64,000 nt of DNA from Macrostomum hystrix (taxonomy: Eukaryota > Animalia > Platyhelminthes). The position numbers and the translations under genes are program-made. This document shows positions 35,795 to 48,000 of the stretch, in pieces. The notes under the pieces are model-generated. The model was not told the DNA's origin, did no database searches, and worked only from the letters and a program-made list of their open reading frames with translations. Location: contig CATNEN010000038.1 of assembly GCA_950097015.1 (NCBI GenBank), positions 8,618,001 to 8,682,000 on the forward strand. The letters are read 5' to 3'. Each line of letters opens with the position of its first letter. The first letter of the stretch is position 1.

Positions 35795-36010
35795 TGGGGT
35801 TTGAGTGCCAGAGCAGTCTAACGCGTCTTCCTGTCGCACCATGCAACAAGGTCCTTGTCATGAGCTCGATTCCGCGGAGAGGGCCACATTCCAATAGGAC
35901 GCAGCCGAAGGGGGTTTGGGGGGCTTGTCTTGCAATTTTAGCCCTTTAGGGCCAACCTTCAAGGCATTGTAAAAGTTCAAATCGTCTGTCAATGGAATTA
36001 CAGGCCTGTA
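35795..36010 (+). mobile_element. SINE family A copy, degenerate 5' half
   Basis: TCGCACC, GCTCGATTCCGC, CGCAGCCG, GGGGCTTGTC, GCCAACCTTCAAGGCA match 23757-23920. Confidence 0.65.
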
Positions 36011-36329
36011 TGATTGCTTGTGTTGATTTTTCGATGAGCCTTAACTTCAGAATGTCGCTCAGGATTAGTTCAATCCAGTAAACACAGTAGCATGAAGTCA
36101 GTTTAAAACATAGTATAATAAAAAAGATATGATTTTAATTTAGACATTTTTCAAGATTTTTTAAACTATTTAACTCGTTTGTTTGGTAAATCTTGTTTCG
36201 GAGAAAAACGCATTTGCAATCTTTCAAAGAAAACGAACACGATTTCTAACTCTTTCACATGTGTTTGTATTTGACCAAAGCGTGAGACTCCTGTATTTTT
36301 CGACCGCTTAGTGTCCATTCGAAGTAACA

Positions 36330-38559
36330 ATGAAGTCAGATGAAATTGAACTAGCTAAGGAGAATATTGCTACTCTATTACATGGCATTGACAGGTAAAA
36401 TATGCATATTCACACTAGGCCTACTTTACTTTTCCATAATTTGTCTTAGTGTAGCCATAGGCCTTTGCTCTGCTCACTTCACTATGTTCTGCACCCAGCC
36501 TATGCCCATCGCTATCAGGCCAGTGTCCCTGCAGGATGGTGCTAATGGAAGATTTATCAGCAGTTGCAAATAGCTGCTGCAGGAAGTTGGTAAATGTTAT
36601 AATGTTTACAGTACCTTATAGCTGCAATGGGATATGGCTCAATCTGATCCCAAGTCAAATTATCTCCCTGACATTCTGAAAATGACATGAACTGAGGTAC
36701 AGCCTGAGGGGCTAGATTTCCATTGAAAAGTGCTTTTGATGCTTGATGTTGCACCTATTGCTTAATATAGGTTGAACAAGAAAAATAAATTGTTTGACTA
36801 AATGTTCTAAATGTTAGTACAGATAACTGCTTTTTTATTTACTGGACCTCACATAACTAGCAAAGTGAGATCAAATTTATAAGCAATAAACACAAAACCC
36901 TTTCTAACAACAAAGTGATAAAATGGTGTATAGGCCCTACTCTTGCCTTAGTCTTAGATTCAAATCTATTGTTGTCTATAAAAATACCTTTGCAGCCACA
37001 TTTCTGGTAGTTCTTTTCATTTTAGGTTGGCCTGGTACATAGTAAAGTTTCACAACATGATACAGTGAAGCTATACAATATTGCATGAAATGTCATATTG
37101 TATGTTGACCCTAACAAGGATGCCTTATATAGGCTTGATATACTTTGCATATGCATATATATGAGTATTCTATATAGCTATGATCATTATCATAAATTTA
37201 CAGGAGAATAAAGTAAATAGGAGAACTAAATAATAAATAACTTAAAACAATGTACACATATTTTAGTTAGGTGTTAAATTACAATTAACAAAGGGCACAA
37301 AAATGCTGTGTTTAACTATTTTAATAGTTGTGAAACTTTGCATAATATTTTGAAAAATAATTAGGAAATTTTTAGTATAGGTAATAGTTTTTTGTAACAA
37401 ACTTTACAAGTCATTGTGTAGTTAAGGGTTTTAAATCACTAGATTTTGTGGTCTGAAACATTTGTGAACTACTTGAGGAAACTTGTCCTCTGTTTGAAGA
37501 AAAATCATATCTAAAAGACCATGTAAGCTTATTCATAGGCAAAGAAATGTTTTAATGAAAATAGCTATTAAAATCTAGAGGAGGCATCTATTTTTGTGGA
37601 ATCACCTTGCAACATCATTTTCAATGGAAAAAACTTTTGTTTTTCAAATTCATTATTCATACTCATATTCCCACTGCAAAAATGTATACAATTCTCTGCT
37701 TTCCACCATGCAAAGTTTTGTAAGAGATTTTTTTTAAGAAATGTGTGTACAGATTTATGTTTTTTGGTGCATAGAAAAAATGTAAACACTTAATGATTAT
37801 GTCAAATTGTAGGTACAATCCTGGGAACATGGCAAGCCTTGAAAAATATGTGGAACTACAGGTCACAGAGAATGTCTATGACTGTGAGGCCAACTTGGCT
37901 GTGTTAAAACTGTAAGTCTGTTGTTATTCACTTAGTCAGTTAGTATGTAGCGGCTACTTAAGTAGTCTCACTCGCATATCGAAGCGTCTTTATTACTTTG
38001 CCCTAAATTTTGCATTGGCAGGTACCAGTTCAACCCGTCCTATTATCAGACCAACGTGACCATCAAGATTCTCCTGAAGGCCATCGCCAATCTGCCTCAT
38101 CCGGATTTCTCGCTCTGCAAGTATCTCATCGAGCCTGATAAGCTCCGAGAGCAGCCCCTGAGCAGTGTGGTCGCCCTTGGCAACAAGCTGGAGACTTGCA
38201 ACTTTGAAGAATTCTGGCAGAGCTTGGCCGCCACCAACATCCCCGTCATCGGCACTGTCGTTGGCTTCTCCGACTCGGTGAGGAAATTCATCTGTCACGT
38301 GGTGGGCATCACCTACCAGAAGATCAGCACTGCCCAACTGTGCAGCATCCTGGACATCAAGCGCGAACAGCTGCCAGTCTACTTGGACGAATGCGGCTGG
38401 AAGCTTGTGCCCGAAGATCCCAGCCACGTGTTCGTCTACAACTACGAAGAGACTATCAAGACCCGCAACATTAGCGAGAAGATCGGCTTCCAGCAGGTCA
38501 AGCAGCTGGCGCCGGTTCTGCAAAGCGCAGCCGCTGCCTGCCACAAGCAGGGCAAGTGA
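36330..38559 (+). CDS. EIF3K: Eukaryotic translation initiation factor 3 subunit K. Exons 36330-36394, 37813-37911, 38022-38559 (233 aa)
   Basis: LHGIDR|[25 protein letters not shown]|[52 protein letters not shown]. Splice phases are consistent. Confidence 0.95.
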
Positions 38560-39656
38560 CGGACTGGGTTGAAACAATTCATTTACTTGAAGGCTTCAGA
38601 CGCCATCAGCTTGGCTCTGTTGTACAATGCCGACAGTTGGTCCCATTTTCTCATTCTTTTCTGTGTTCCTGATTGTCCGCAGTGACTTCCTGTTGGCTGA
38701 TGTTCTGTCAGTGGTTTAAAATGATAATATATTTGGTTTAAAGGGCCGATTGGCATAAGCGAAACTTGCGTTTGCTGAAAATTTCCTTGAATTCATTCGG
38801 ATAGCTGTTGAATCGATGCAGAAGTTCAGTTTTTATAGTTATGTAATTTGTGTTTTATACGAGCTATTATTCTCTATGGAAAGTATTCTAAATGTACATT
38901 GTAAGTCTGCCCAATGTACATTTAATTTGAGAGGCTCATCTAGTCTTTACTTAGTACTCTTTTTAGGTCGCAGCAGTTGATTATAAACCTGTCTATCTAG
39001 TACGAATGACAATAGGCAAACCTAAACTTATAAATGGCCTTCACTTTGCTTGTAGTTGTGCCTTTCGCAGCTTCTTACTAGTACAGGTGCATGAAATGGA
39101 ATGGTTGGTCTCCATTTTGTGAGTATAGTTACTTGCTGTATTCTTAAGCACTCTTATGGCGCGAAGGTGGCGTGACCATCTCGAGCGGTGAAAAGCCTTG
39201 GAAATTGTGCATTGCTATTTAGTCACCCCAGAAGCGTGTACATGTGCTGACAGCTTCGTGACTAGCTTAATTGCTGATCGAATGTCGAATATCGCCAACT
39301 GATGAGTCAGTGACCACTTAAACAAGTGTACAGTACATGCGCGAGAGACAGGCGCACTACCGTTTCAGAATTTGACTTGACTTAGCTGCAGGGAACATTG
39401 TCCAGATGCTGCGCGGAGGCTGCACGTTATTCACTCAATATCTGATTGGCCCCGTTCTTAAACTGAAAAAGTGATCGGAAAAAAGTGGATCAAAGCTTGG
39501 GCGAGCGTTTAAAACAGACATTTCTCGGAATTCGTACACTGTCTTCAGATTTCATAACTTAAAAGCGTATAAACTAGCTTGGATATTTACATAAAATGCG
39601 TCACTGTATGTGTCTGCTTTATTGCCAAGAGCACATGTACATAGTTTGATGCGCGT

Positions 39657-39666
39657 GTCACGTGAC
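39657..39666. promoter_or_regulatory. Palindromic E-box GTCACGTGAC (CLEAR/USF-type) upstream of the MFSD2-like gene
   Basis: Perfect 10-bp palindrome ~235 bp upstream of the putative ATG. Confidence 0.4.
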
Positions 39667-39901
39667 TTTTTTGTCATTGGGTTCTATCGAACAAAAGAGA
39701 TTTTTTTTCTCTTCTCTATTCTTTCTGGGGTAGCAGGCACAGACTAAAATGCAGCCATTCGTTGAAGGCTTTTTTTAACTATCTAAATGGACAGCCTTGC
39801 TGAGATAATTGTGCTCGCAAGCAGAAAAGCGAACAGAAATTGTAGTTCCAACAGAAACCCGCTTCCAGCACTATAAAATAAGCTGGCTATCATTCATCCG
39901 C

Positions 39902-42900
39902 ATGGACCACAAAACAGCCGAGTCTGTAAAAGCCCGAAAGCAGAACCGTAATGGAAATGTTAACCAAAATGGTTTCGGTCACTGTCATCAGGTGAGTCTT
40001 AATTGTGTGTTTCTGCATTACTATGTACTTTGGTTACGAGTCTGGTGCATGGCACGTGCTTTGCTTCTCGGTATTAGAGTTATCTTGCTTAGTTAAGTAA
40101 CTGCTTCACCGAACAAGTCACAGTAAACAATGCTTTTAAGATTTAAGATAAGTGACAAAGTTTTACTCACACTAACTGCATGTAAGCATTTTTTACGTGT
40201 CATGGTCTGTGTATGGCTGTGACACGTCATCTACACGTCATCTTTGACTGCTCTTCTGCTACTGATTTTCGATCGAAAGGTGCTGCGAGAAGTTTCGTAC
40301 ATTTTTCGTAAATCTTCGTTAGCACTATAGTAACGGATTAAGTTAAGTCCGTTACACGACGACTACTACAACGTTGATTAATAGCTCTACAAAATCTGTC
40401 ACAGAAGTATTCGATAAAACAGGCCGATAAAGCAGTAAAAGTCCAGAAATTGATATAAAAATGGAGTATGGCATTGTTTGTGCTTCTGCTTTTAAACAGA
40501 TAATTTTCCTCCGTTTTGCCTGTGGAAGCAGGGGTTAAAGCCTAAAGGTCAGAGCGTCGGACTCACGACTTGAAGGTCGGTGGTTCGATTCCCGACTCCA
40601 CAGGAACAGTTTGTGTTATTTAACAATGCACTTAACTCTGTATTGCTTCAGTTCATCCAGCTGTTAAATGGGTGAGCTCAGGGTGCGTGTGGCGTCCCCT
40701 CAGTCCATGTACTGAACAGCCTTCAGATAGCTGTGACTGTGCTGTCGACTGCACATCTGACCCAATCGATGCAGTAGTAATCAACTATTATTATTATTAT
40801 ATCTGTTATTATAGACATACAATTTTATAAAAACGAGATTAAGAAAACTAACTAACCAAAATTCAAAATGCAAAAATAAAAAAACGCAAAAAAATCTTAG
40901 AAACGAGGCATAAAATTCTTTTTTTTAAACAAGGACAAGCCAGCAGGAGACGGAAGCCTCTCTGAGTTCTCGCCAGCGGAAACGCTTCGCAATAATGAGC
41001 TCCAGCTGCCGCTGCGTCGCCAGCTGAGTCTACTCCGCGTGGTACTGTTCGGCCTGGCGGGGCCGCCGCTCCAGATGACGGGCAACATCGCCGCCTTCTA
41101 CTTCAGCATCTACCTGCTGGAGGTGGCCCGCCTCAGCCCGGCCTACGTGTCCGTCATCAGCTTCTCCGGCCGGGCCTGGGACGCCGTGACGGACCCGCTG
41201 ATCGGCCTGCTGCTGTCCTGTACCAGAACGCGGCTTGGCAAGACGAGGCCGTGGATCCTGGGCTCCAGCCTGCTGGGCAGCTCCATGTTCCTCTTCATGT
41301 GGTGGCCCGCCTGCGGCATCCAATCCCAGGCTTGCAAATTCGCTTTCTACCTGCTCATGCACCTGGTGTACTGTACGCTGATAACGGTGAGCACACCTAT
41401 CTTCTTTGTTTTCTTGATTCGTTTTTGCTAATTCCTTGAAAATTCTGTTGATTCTGTACACATGCTCACGGACTCAGTTTCCGTCCGAATTCCCACCGCA
41501 GTGCTACCATATCCCGTACACTTCCTCTACCGTGCTGCTGTCGCCAGTCCCAGCCGACCGGGACGCTGCCACAGCGGCCCGCATCGTCTGCGAGCTGCTC
41601 TTCACCATCGTCGGTAGTGCCGTTTTCGGCGCAGTGATCGGCTCCAAGAGGATCGCAACGCAGTGCAGTAACTACTCGCTGAACGGCACCGCTGATATGC
41701 TGCTGCGGACTGCCGAGGAGGTCCGTGGTTCGAGTCCTGTTTTGTGCCAATTTTTGTATTTATTGAAAACGTATGTGTATTTGTTTTTAAATGACTGCAT
41801 TATTGTTTTTTCTGTATCCAACATAATATTCAATCAATTGCCATAAAAAATCCAGAACAGTAGCTAAAATATTTTGCTCTATCCGGTGAAACAACTGACA
41901 GAATCACAAAACATCGGCATAGTCGAGATATTCAACGATTCTCATCGGGTGTCTTGTTTCTGCTCACAAAACTGCATCGTTGCTCAGGTCGGCAAGTACT
42001 GCAGATTGTCTTATTTTTCAATCAATATGGATTCGCTTAGAGTTTTTACACAGCAATGTTAGTTGTCTCTGTCACCAGTGTCTTGGACAACAATCGCTGA
42101 ATATCTCGACGATGTTGACGTCGGATGGCTCTGAAAGTCGGTTCATCGTAAAGTGCGGAAAATTTTCGTCTGTCCGAAGACTTTTTTTTCGAAAATCGGT
42201 CATTCGGTTTGGGAACTATCGTGAAATAAACAGCGGGTGCTTGAAATGCACCAGCGGTCTTGCCTCAGGGGGTACAATAGTGGGCCATTTCTACTGTTAA
42301 AAGGCTATAGTAATCTAACAGAGAATGAAGGAGATACACTTAGCCGCCAATTATCTCACAAAGTAGCATTTCTGCTGCGCTCAACCTTTTCTTATCGGGC
42401 CTGTAGTTTTTCCATACACAAGCTAGAAAGATTGTTCGCACTTGAAAAGTGGAGCAGTCTGTTAGCGTTAACTAGGGCACAAAAGCACGGGCAGTTGAGG
42501 CCTGACGGGTCCAACAGATGGAAGGCAGTTTCGCATCGCCAATTATTTTTAAATCAGCTGTCTGGTAAACCGCGCGCGGCCGTCCTGCAGATTTTAAAAG
42601 TACATCTTATGTACTTCGTGAAAAGTACTTCTTATCGGGCCTGTAGTTTTTATCAAAAGGAAGCCTGCTGGTCAGAGAAAGACGGGTCCAGCAGACTGAA
42701 GGCTGTTTCGCATGGGCAATTATTTTTAGTCCAGCTGTCTGCAAGACCAGGTGCAGATTCTTTAAGTACATCAGCACCGCCATTTTCAGCAGGACAGTTA
42801 CAAGCTGGCTGCTGGGATTATCTCGCTTATCTACCTCGGCTGCGGCGTCGTAGGCTTCGTCGGCATCCGGGAGCGGGTCGCCTCAAGTCGGGAAAGTCGG

Positions 42901-43987
42901 CAGTCTCTGGCTGGCACCTTCCGCAGCGTGGCCAAGGTTGTCACCTTCAAGCCGTACGTGGCACTAATGATGGCCTTCCTGTTCATGTCACTTGGCATCC
43001 AGGTAAGTTGTCTCGGAATGTCTTGCTTGAAAGAAATCTAAGCTCTGAATCGATCGCATGTACTTTTCATCATTTCTGGAATTCTCAGACAATACAGGCC
43101 AACCTTGGATTGTTCACAACGCACCGACTGAAGATCGGCTGGCACATGACCTTTGGCTTCTTGTGCGTGCTGCTTGTGGCCACGCTGTGCGTCCCCATTG
43201 TGCATCTGCTCAACCAGCGAATGGGAAAGAAGAGAGTCTTCATTGTTGGAGTCATGGTTTGTGGCCTGCGCGATAATTGGCTCTTGCTATGGGCCTGCTG
43301 GTCATTGGGTAGGGTCAGAGTGCAGTGAGGTGGCTGGTCATTGGGTGGGGTCAGAGTGTGAGGTGGCTGGTCATTGGGTGGGGTCAGAGTGTGAGGTGGC
43401 TGGTCATTGGTTGGGGTCAGAGTTTGAGGTGGCAGGTTATTGGGTGGGGTCAGAGTGTGAGGTGGCTGGTCATTGGTTGGGGTCAGAGTTTGAGGTGGCT
43501 GGTTATTGGGTGGGGTCAGAGTGTGGGGTGATTGGTCACTAATTTGAACCAATGACTGACATTTCAGATCGTGTTTCCCTGCCTGCTGCTCACGCAGCTG
43601 ATGGAGCCGCAAAGCCTAGTCCTGTACTATCTAGTCACCAGCGTCTCGGGCATCACCGTCTCGGTGGCGATGCTCCAGCCCTGGTCAATGCTGCCGGATG
43701 TAATCGAGGAGTTTTACCGTCACCATGGCGACCGCATGGAGGCCACATTCTACTCCCTGTACGCATTCTTCACCAAGTTCGCCGCGGGCATCAGCTTGGC
43801 CGTATCTCAGCTGGCTCTGTGGCTCAGCAACTACGACAGCAACTCCTGCGAGCAGCCGGAGTCAGTGTCCGACACCCTGCGGCTGCTCATGGGCCCCGGA
43901 CCCATCCTGTGCCTGCTGGTGTCTATGCTCATCATCATCTTTTTCTACAAGGTGCAGCCAGCGAGACCAGCAGCCAGTGCTGAGTGA
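39902..43987 (+). CDS. MFSD2: MFSD2-like sodium:lipid symporter (GPH/MelB family). Exons 39902-39991, 40934-41386, 41502-41720, 42790-43002, 43089-43256, 43568-43987 (~520 aa)
   Basis: GRAWDAVTDPLIG, RLGKTRPW, CYHIPY, PWSMLPDV, EATFYSLYAFFTKFAAGISL motifs. All introns GT-AG phase 0. Exon 1 less certain. Confidence 0.88.
40528..40800 (+). mobile_element. tRNA-derived CORE-type SINE (family B) in MFSD2-like intron 1
   Basis: B box GGTTCGATTCC 40582-40592, tRNA-like head, CORE-like CACTTAACTCTGTATTGCTTCAGTTCATCCAGCTGTTAAATGGG, (TAT)n tail. Confidence 0.75.
41745..42300. mobile_element. Dispersed non-autonomous DNA element (MITE-like). Related copies at ~46400-46600 (inverted) and ~59430-59770
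   Basis: Shared GTCGAGATATTCAACGATT / AATCGCTGAATATCTCGAC inverted motifs and TTAGTTGTC..TGTCAC block. Boundaries approximate. Confidence 0.6.
43296..43538. repeat. 33-bp G-rich minisatellite in MFSD2-like intron 5
   Basis: Unit GTGAGGTGGCTGGTCATTGGGTGGGGTCAGAGT. Confidence 0.93.
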
Positions 43988-44119
43988 GTGCGCGACTCCA
44001 AGATTTTCGAGGATTTTAAGCGGCTATCGAAGCTAACCAATTAAAATAGGGATTGATTGGAAATACGGAAAACTGCAAAGAGAACTAGGGATACAGATAT
44101 AGAGGAAGTATGAAAAAAA

Positions 44120-44568
44120 TATAGAAGGGACGAAAAGAGGGATTAGAAAAGAGAGAGGGAAGAAGAAAATAAAAAAGAGGAGAAGCGAAAAAGGGGAAAA
44201 GGGAAGAACAAAGGGAAGGAAGGAGGGGAGAGGAGAGGAGAGAAAAGCAGAGGGAGAAGGGAAGAGCGGAGGGAGAAGGGAATTACAGAGGGGAGAATGG
44301 AAGAGCAGAGGGAGAAGGGAAGAGCAGAGGAAGAAGGGAAGAGCGGAGGAAGAAGGGAAGAGCGGAGGAAGAAGGGAAGAGCGGAGGGAGAAGGTAATTA
44401 CAGAGGGGAGAATGGAAGAGCAGAGGGGAGAAGGGAAGAGCAGAGGGGAGAAGGGAAGAGCAGAGGGGAGAAGGGAAGAGCAGAGGGGAGAAGGGAAGAG
44501 CAGAGGGGAGAAGGGGAGGGCAGAGGGGAGAAGGGAAGAGGAGTGTGAGAAGGGAAGAGCAGAGGGGC
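44120..44568. repeat. Polypurine (GA-rich) tract with ~20-bp units (GAGCAGAGGGGAGAAGGGAA)
   Basis: Direct; lies between the convergent 3' ends of MFSD2-like and HPS3. Confidence 0.9.
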
Positions 44569-45087
44569 AATATATGTAGGGAGTGAAGGGATTAAGTGCT
44601 TAAGAAATCTGTTCTTACAGAGTTTACAGAAGGCTTCGAACTGAAACAGCAAGTCTAACAGTGTTCTAAAAAGCAGAAAATTTCAATTTCAGAACCATTC
44701 TGCTGGAGGAGGCGGACCCAGGACTACCCGCTTCACAGACTCAAGTAGCTGAGAAATTAACAGAAACGCTAACCACGAGTAGCTAGTATAATTTTCAGAG
44801 CCTTTTTAGAAATCATTTTGTATTTTTTTAAACTGAATCGCCATGCATACTAAAGAACCGCTAGCATTTTGCTATATTAGAATAGTTTGATCTTCACTAA
44901 ATAAACTAGATGCATTTTTATCGCATCATTAGACTCAAGAAAACTAAAGCAAATCAATTTCGTCATTTTAAGCAACAATGTAAACAATATTTCACATAAT
45001 ACGAGCTCGTAAATCGTATTTAATTTATGATCGAAAGCAAAATCGCACAAATTGCCACAATAAAATAGTCATAACTGTCACTGCGCA

Positions 45088-48000
45088 CTACTCGGCCAGC
45101 TGGCCCGCCAGTAGTCTGGTGAGCTCATCGCGCTGGCTACGCAAATGCTCTATGCCAGTGCAGTGAAATAGCAGGTCCTCCTGCCCTGAGGCGGCAGCAG
45201 TTGCGCCAGCTTCTAGCAGCAATTCCAGGGTGGCTCGGTCGGCAAACCGGCTGGCGAGATCGATTACCGCTTCGCAATCTGATTGGCTGCCGGCGGCCGC
45301 ATCAATAAGTTCCAGCCAATCTGAGCGACTTAATTTGAGGCAGCCAATCAGGCGACGCCGCGTGTCAGCTTCCAATTGGAGCAGAGGTATTAGGCGACTC
45401 GCTCGTTTCGGATTGGCTGCGGCTGGGGAATCTCGGCAGCCAATCAGAAGCAGCGGAGCGTGAGAGACGCACAGCGCCAAAGTGGAGTCCACGGAGTTCA
45501 GGCGGTGGCAGAGGGACGCGAAGCCGGTCGGGGGAGGATCCGGCCGCAGCCACAGCAGCTGGAGCAGCAAAAAAGGATTTGAAACTGTTTAAAAACGCCC
45601 AAGACTAGGAGCATTGCGATCCACTCGCCAGCTCACTTACCAGAAGAATTCTTTGAGCCACAAATGACAAGCAGCAACAGGTGCGGCTTTCCATGCTGGG
45701 CAGATTGTACAACAGCGACAGCAGCCGCTTGAGCACACCGTCCGGGGTGGACAGGCTCACCTTGGAAATATCAAAATATCATCTGGGTCGATTGGTTCTC
45801 TTCAATCGGTCGAGGATTTGCCAAATCTGCGAAAAAAATGCAAGCACACTGACCCTAAAATCCCACCGACCCTAAAATCCCACTGACCCTAAAATCCCAC
45901 CGACCCTAAAATCCCACCGACCCTAAAATCCCACTGATCCGAAAATTTTACGCATCAAAAAATTGTGCTTAACTTTTAATCCCACTGACTATAAAATCCC
46001 AACTATTCTGAGATCGTACTAACCGATACATTCTAAAATCCCCGCGAGGGATATAAGCCCAATAAATGGAAGGTGCTCACATCAATGGGCAGCTGGCAGC
46101 CGCTACCAGAGCCCCCGCGGCACAGTTCGACGGCGCGCTCAAGCTGCTCAACCAGCAGCTCAGACCAGTGCTTGAAGTCCTCATCGGCGTACTCAGTGCT
46201 GGTCTCGGCGATGTCTAACATCGGCTCCAGCCAGCGGACCTCAGTGAAGTACACGGACAGCGGCCAAGGCAACTTAGCGAATGAATTGCGACAAGCCGCC
46301 GTCAGATTATTGTTACTAGAGGAACCACCTGCCCAGTGACTTCCTTAACAGCAGATTTCCCCCTCCCTGCGTAAAGACCACGTATTAATATAGGTATTTC
46401 AATACCCACTGCCTGCTTCTCGATAGCTCCCAAACCAAATGACAGATTTTCGTGAAAGCTCACACCATATGGATTGAAATTTTCTGCCCTTTGTACGATG
46501 AACTAACTTTCAAAGCCGACCGACGTTAGCATCGTCGAGATATTCAGCGATTGTTGTCCAAGACACTGATTACAAGGACAACTAACAGTGCTCTGTATGG
46601 CGAATCACTATTGTTTTAGTAACAATGTAATTAAGAATACATTCAAACCAATATAATTAACAAAAATAGCAGAAATGAGCAAAATATTTGTGGCTCTTGG
46701 CACCAGACAACCCGATTTTTTGTGATCCTGCAAGTTAGGGGCGAGTGGGTCAGCGGCTAGCGTCGCTGCCTCGGGTTTACTCCCGATTCGTTGAATCCAG
46801 ATTCGCCGATTCCCGATTCGCCGAATCCCGATTCGCCGAAATTCCTGACTCGCCGAATTCCCGATTTGCCGAAATTCCTGACTCGAATCCTGATTCAATA
46901 CATCTTACGAGTACTTTATCATAAATTAAAATTAAACCACACAACCATTGCCCTCTTTGAGTGTTGGTCAAACATTGGAACTCTATTTCTATTGTATTGA
47001 AATTAATTAAAAAACTAACTTAAATGAAATGCACTTTCTTCATTCAATAACTTGTAAACTTCCTTCTAAACTTTATTAACTTTCTGGAACGTAGATTGAG
47101 TGAGCAAAGAAGAACATCACACGTACTTCGGAAAAAGCAAAACTTGCTGGACATCCTTGTAGAGCCGAAAGTAAAAGTGTAATGAGGTACGGTAGCTCAG
47201 CAAAAAATGTTCTTATCAATTTTTTCGGCAAATAGGGAATTCGGCGAATCGGGATTCGGCGAATCGGGAGTAAACCGCTGCCTCGCACTCCAATGGACGC
47301 TAGTTCGATTCTCCCTTCAAGTCACGATTAATTTCGGGACTTGTTGGAGGGTTTTTGACAGTAGCGACCGGCGGAGGTGCACCATATTTCGTGCAATCAA
47401 AGCTTGAAATAATAGCTTCGCTCCTACCTTCTGTGTGCCTGTTCTGCGTTGTGTGAGTTGTGTGCGTTGGCGCTGGGGCGTGAGGCCTTGGGGGGTGGCT
47501 GGGGGGCGGGTGTACACCACCGCGCGCTTTCTGGATTTCCGTCAGCGCGATTGGATAAGCACGATTGTACACTCATCACCCGCCCCCCCTGAGGACTGAT
47601 TTTTTATCAGACTCCCCCCGGCTTGGTCTGCTATGTGCGTGTGGGGCTGGGGTGGGGGACACTGCTGCCTATTCTGGGTGCCTCCTGCGCTCCCCTGCTG
47701 GTCTGTGCTGCTGTGTGTGGTGCCTGCTCAGGGGAGGCGGCGCGATGGGCGCTAAGCGCCTAGTTCGCCAGTCTGGGGGCGTGCCGCTCAGTCGCTTGTG
47801 CGACAAGTGCCCCGGGCCCCCTGCAAATAGATGGATAGAGATCCTGGAAGTTGTTTCATCGGATAGAGCGGAAAGGTTTAGCCCTGGCTCTGGATTTTCA
47901 TGTCGATTGATTGAAAATATCGGGAGATATAGAAAAAATGTGCGTATTTAAAAGTCTCCCCGTGGTCGTTCTACTATTAATGAACTCACCCGCTGAGCGA

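Noticed and set aside
40528-40602. Functional tRNA gene
   Set aside because: Degenerate A box and stems, followed by a CORE-like body and (TAT)n tail, so it is a SINE head
42237-43328. 363-aa ORF as an independent gene
   Set aside because: It runs through an intronic diverged duplication and MFSD2-like exons in mixed frames; explained by the spliced gene
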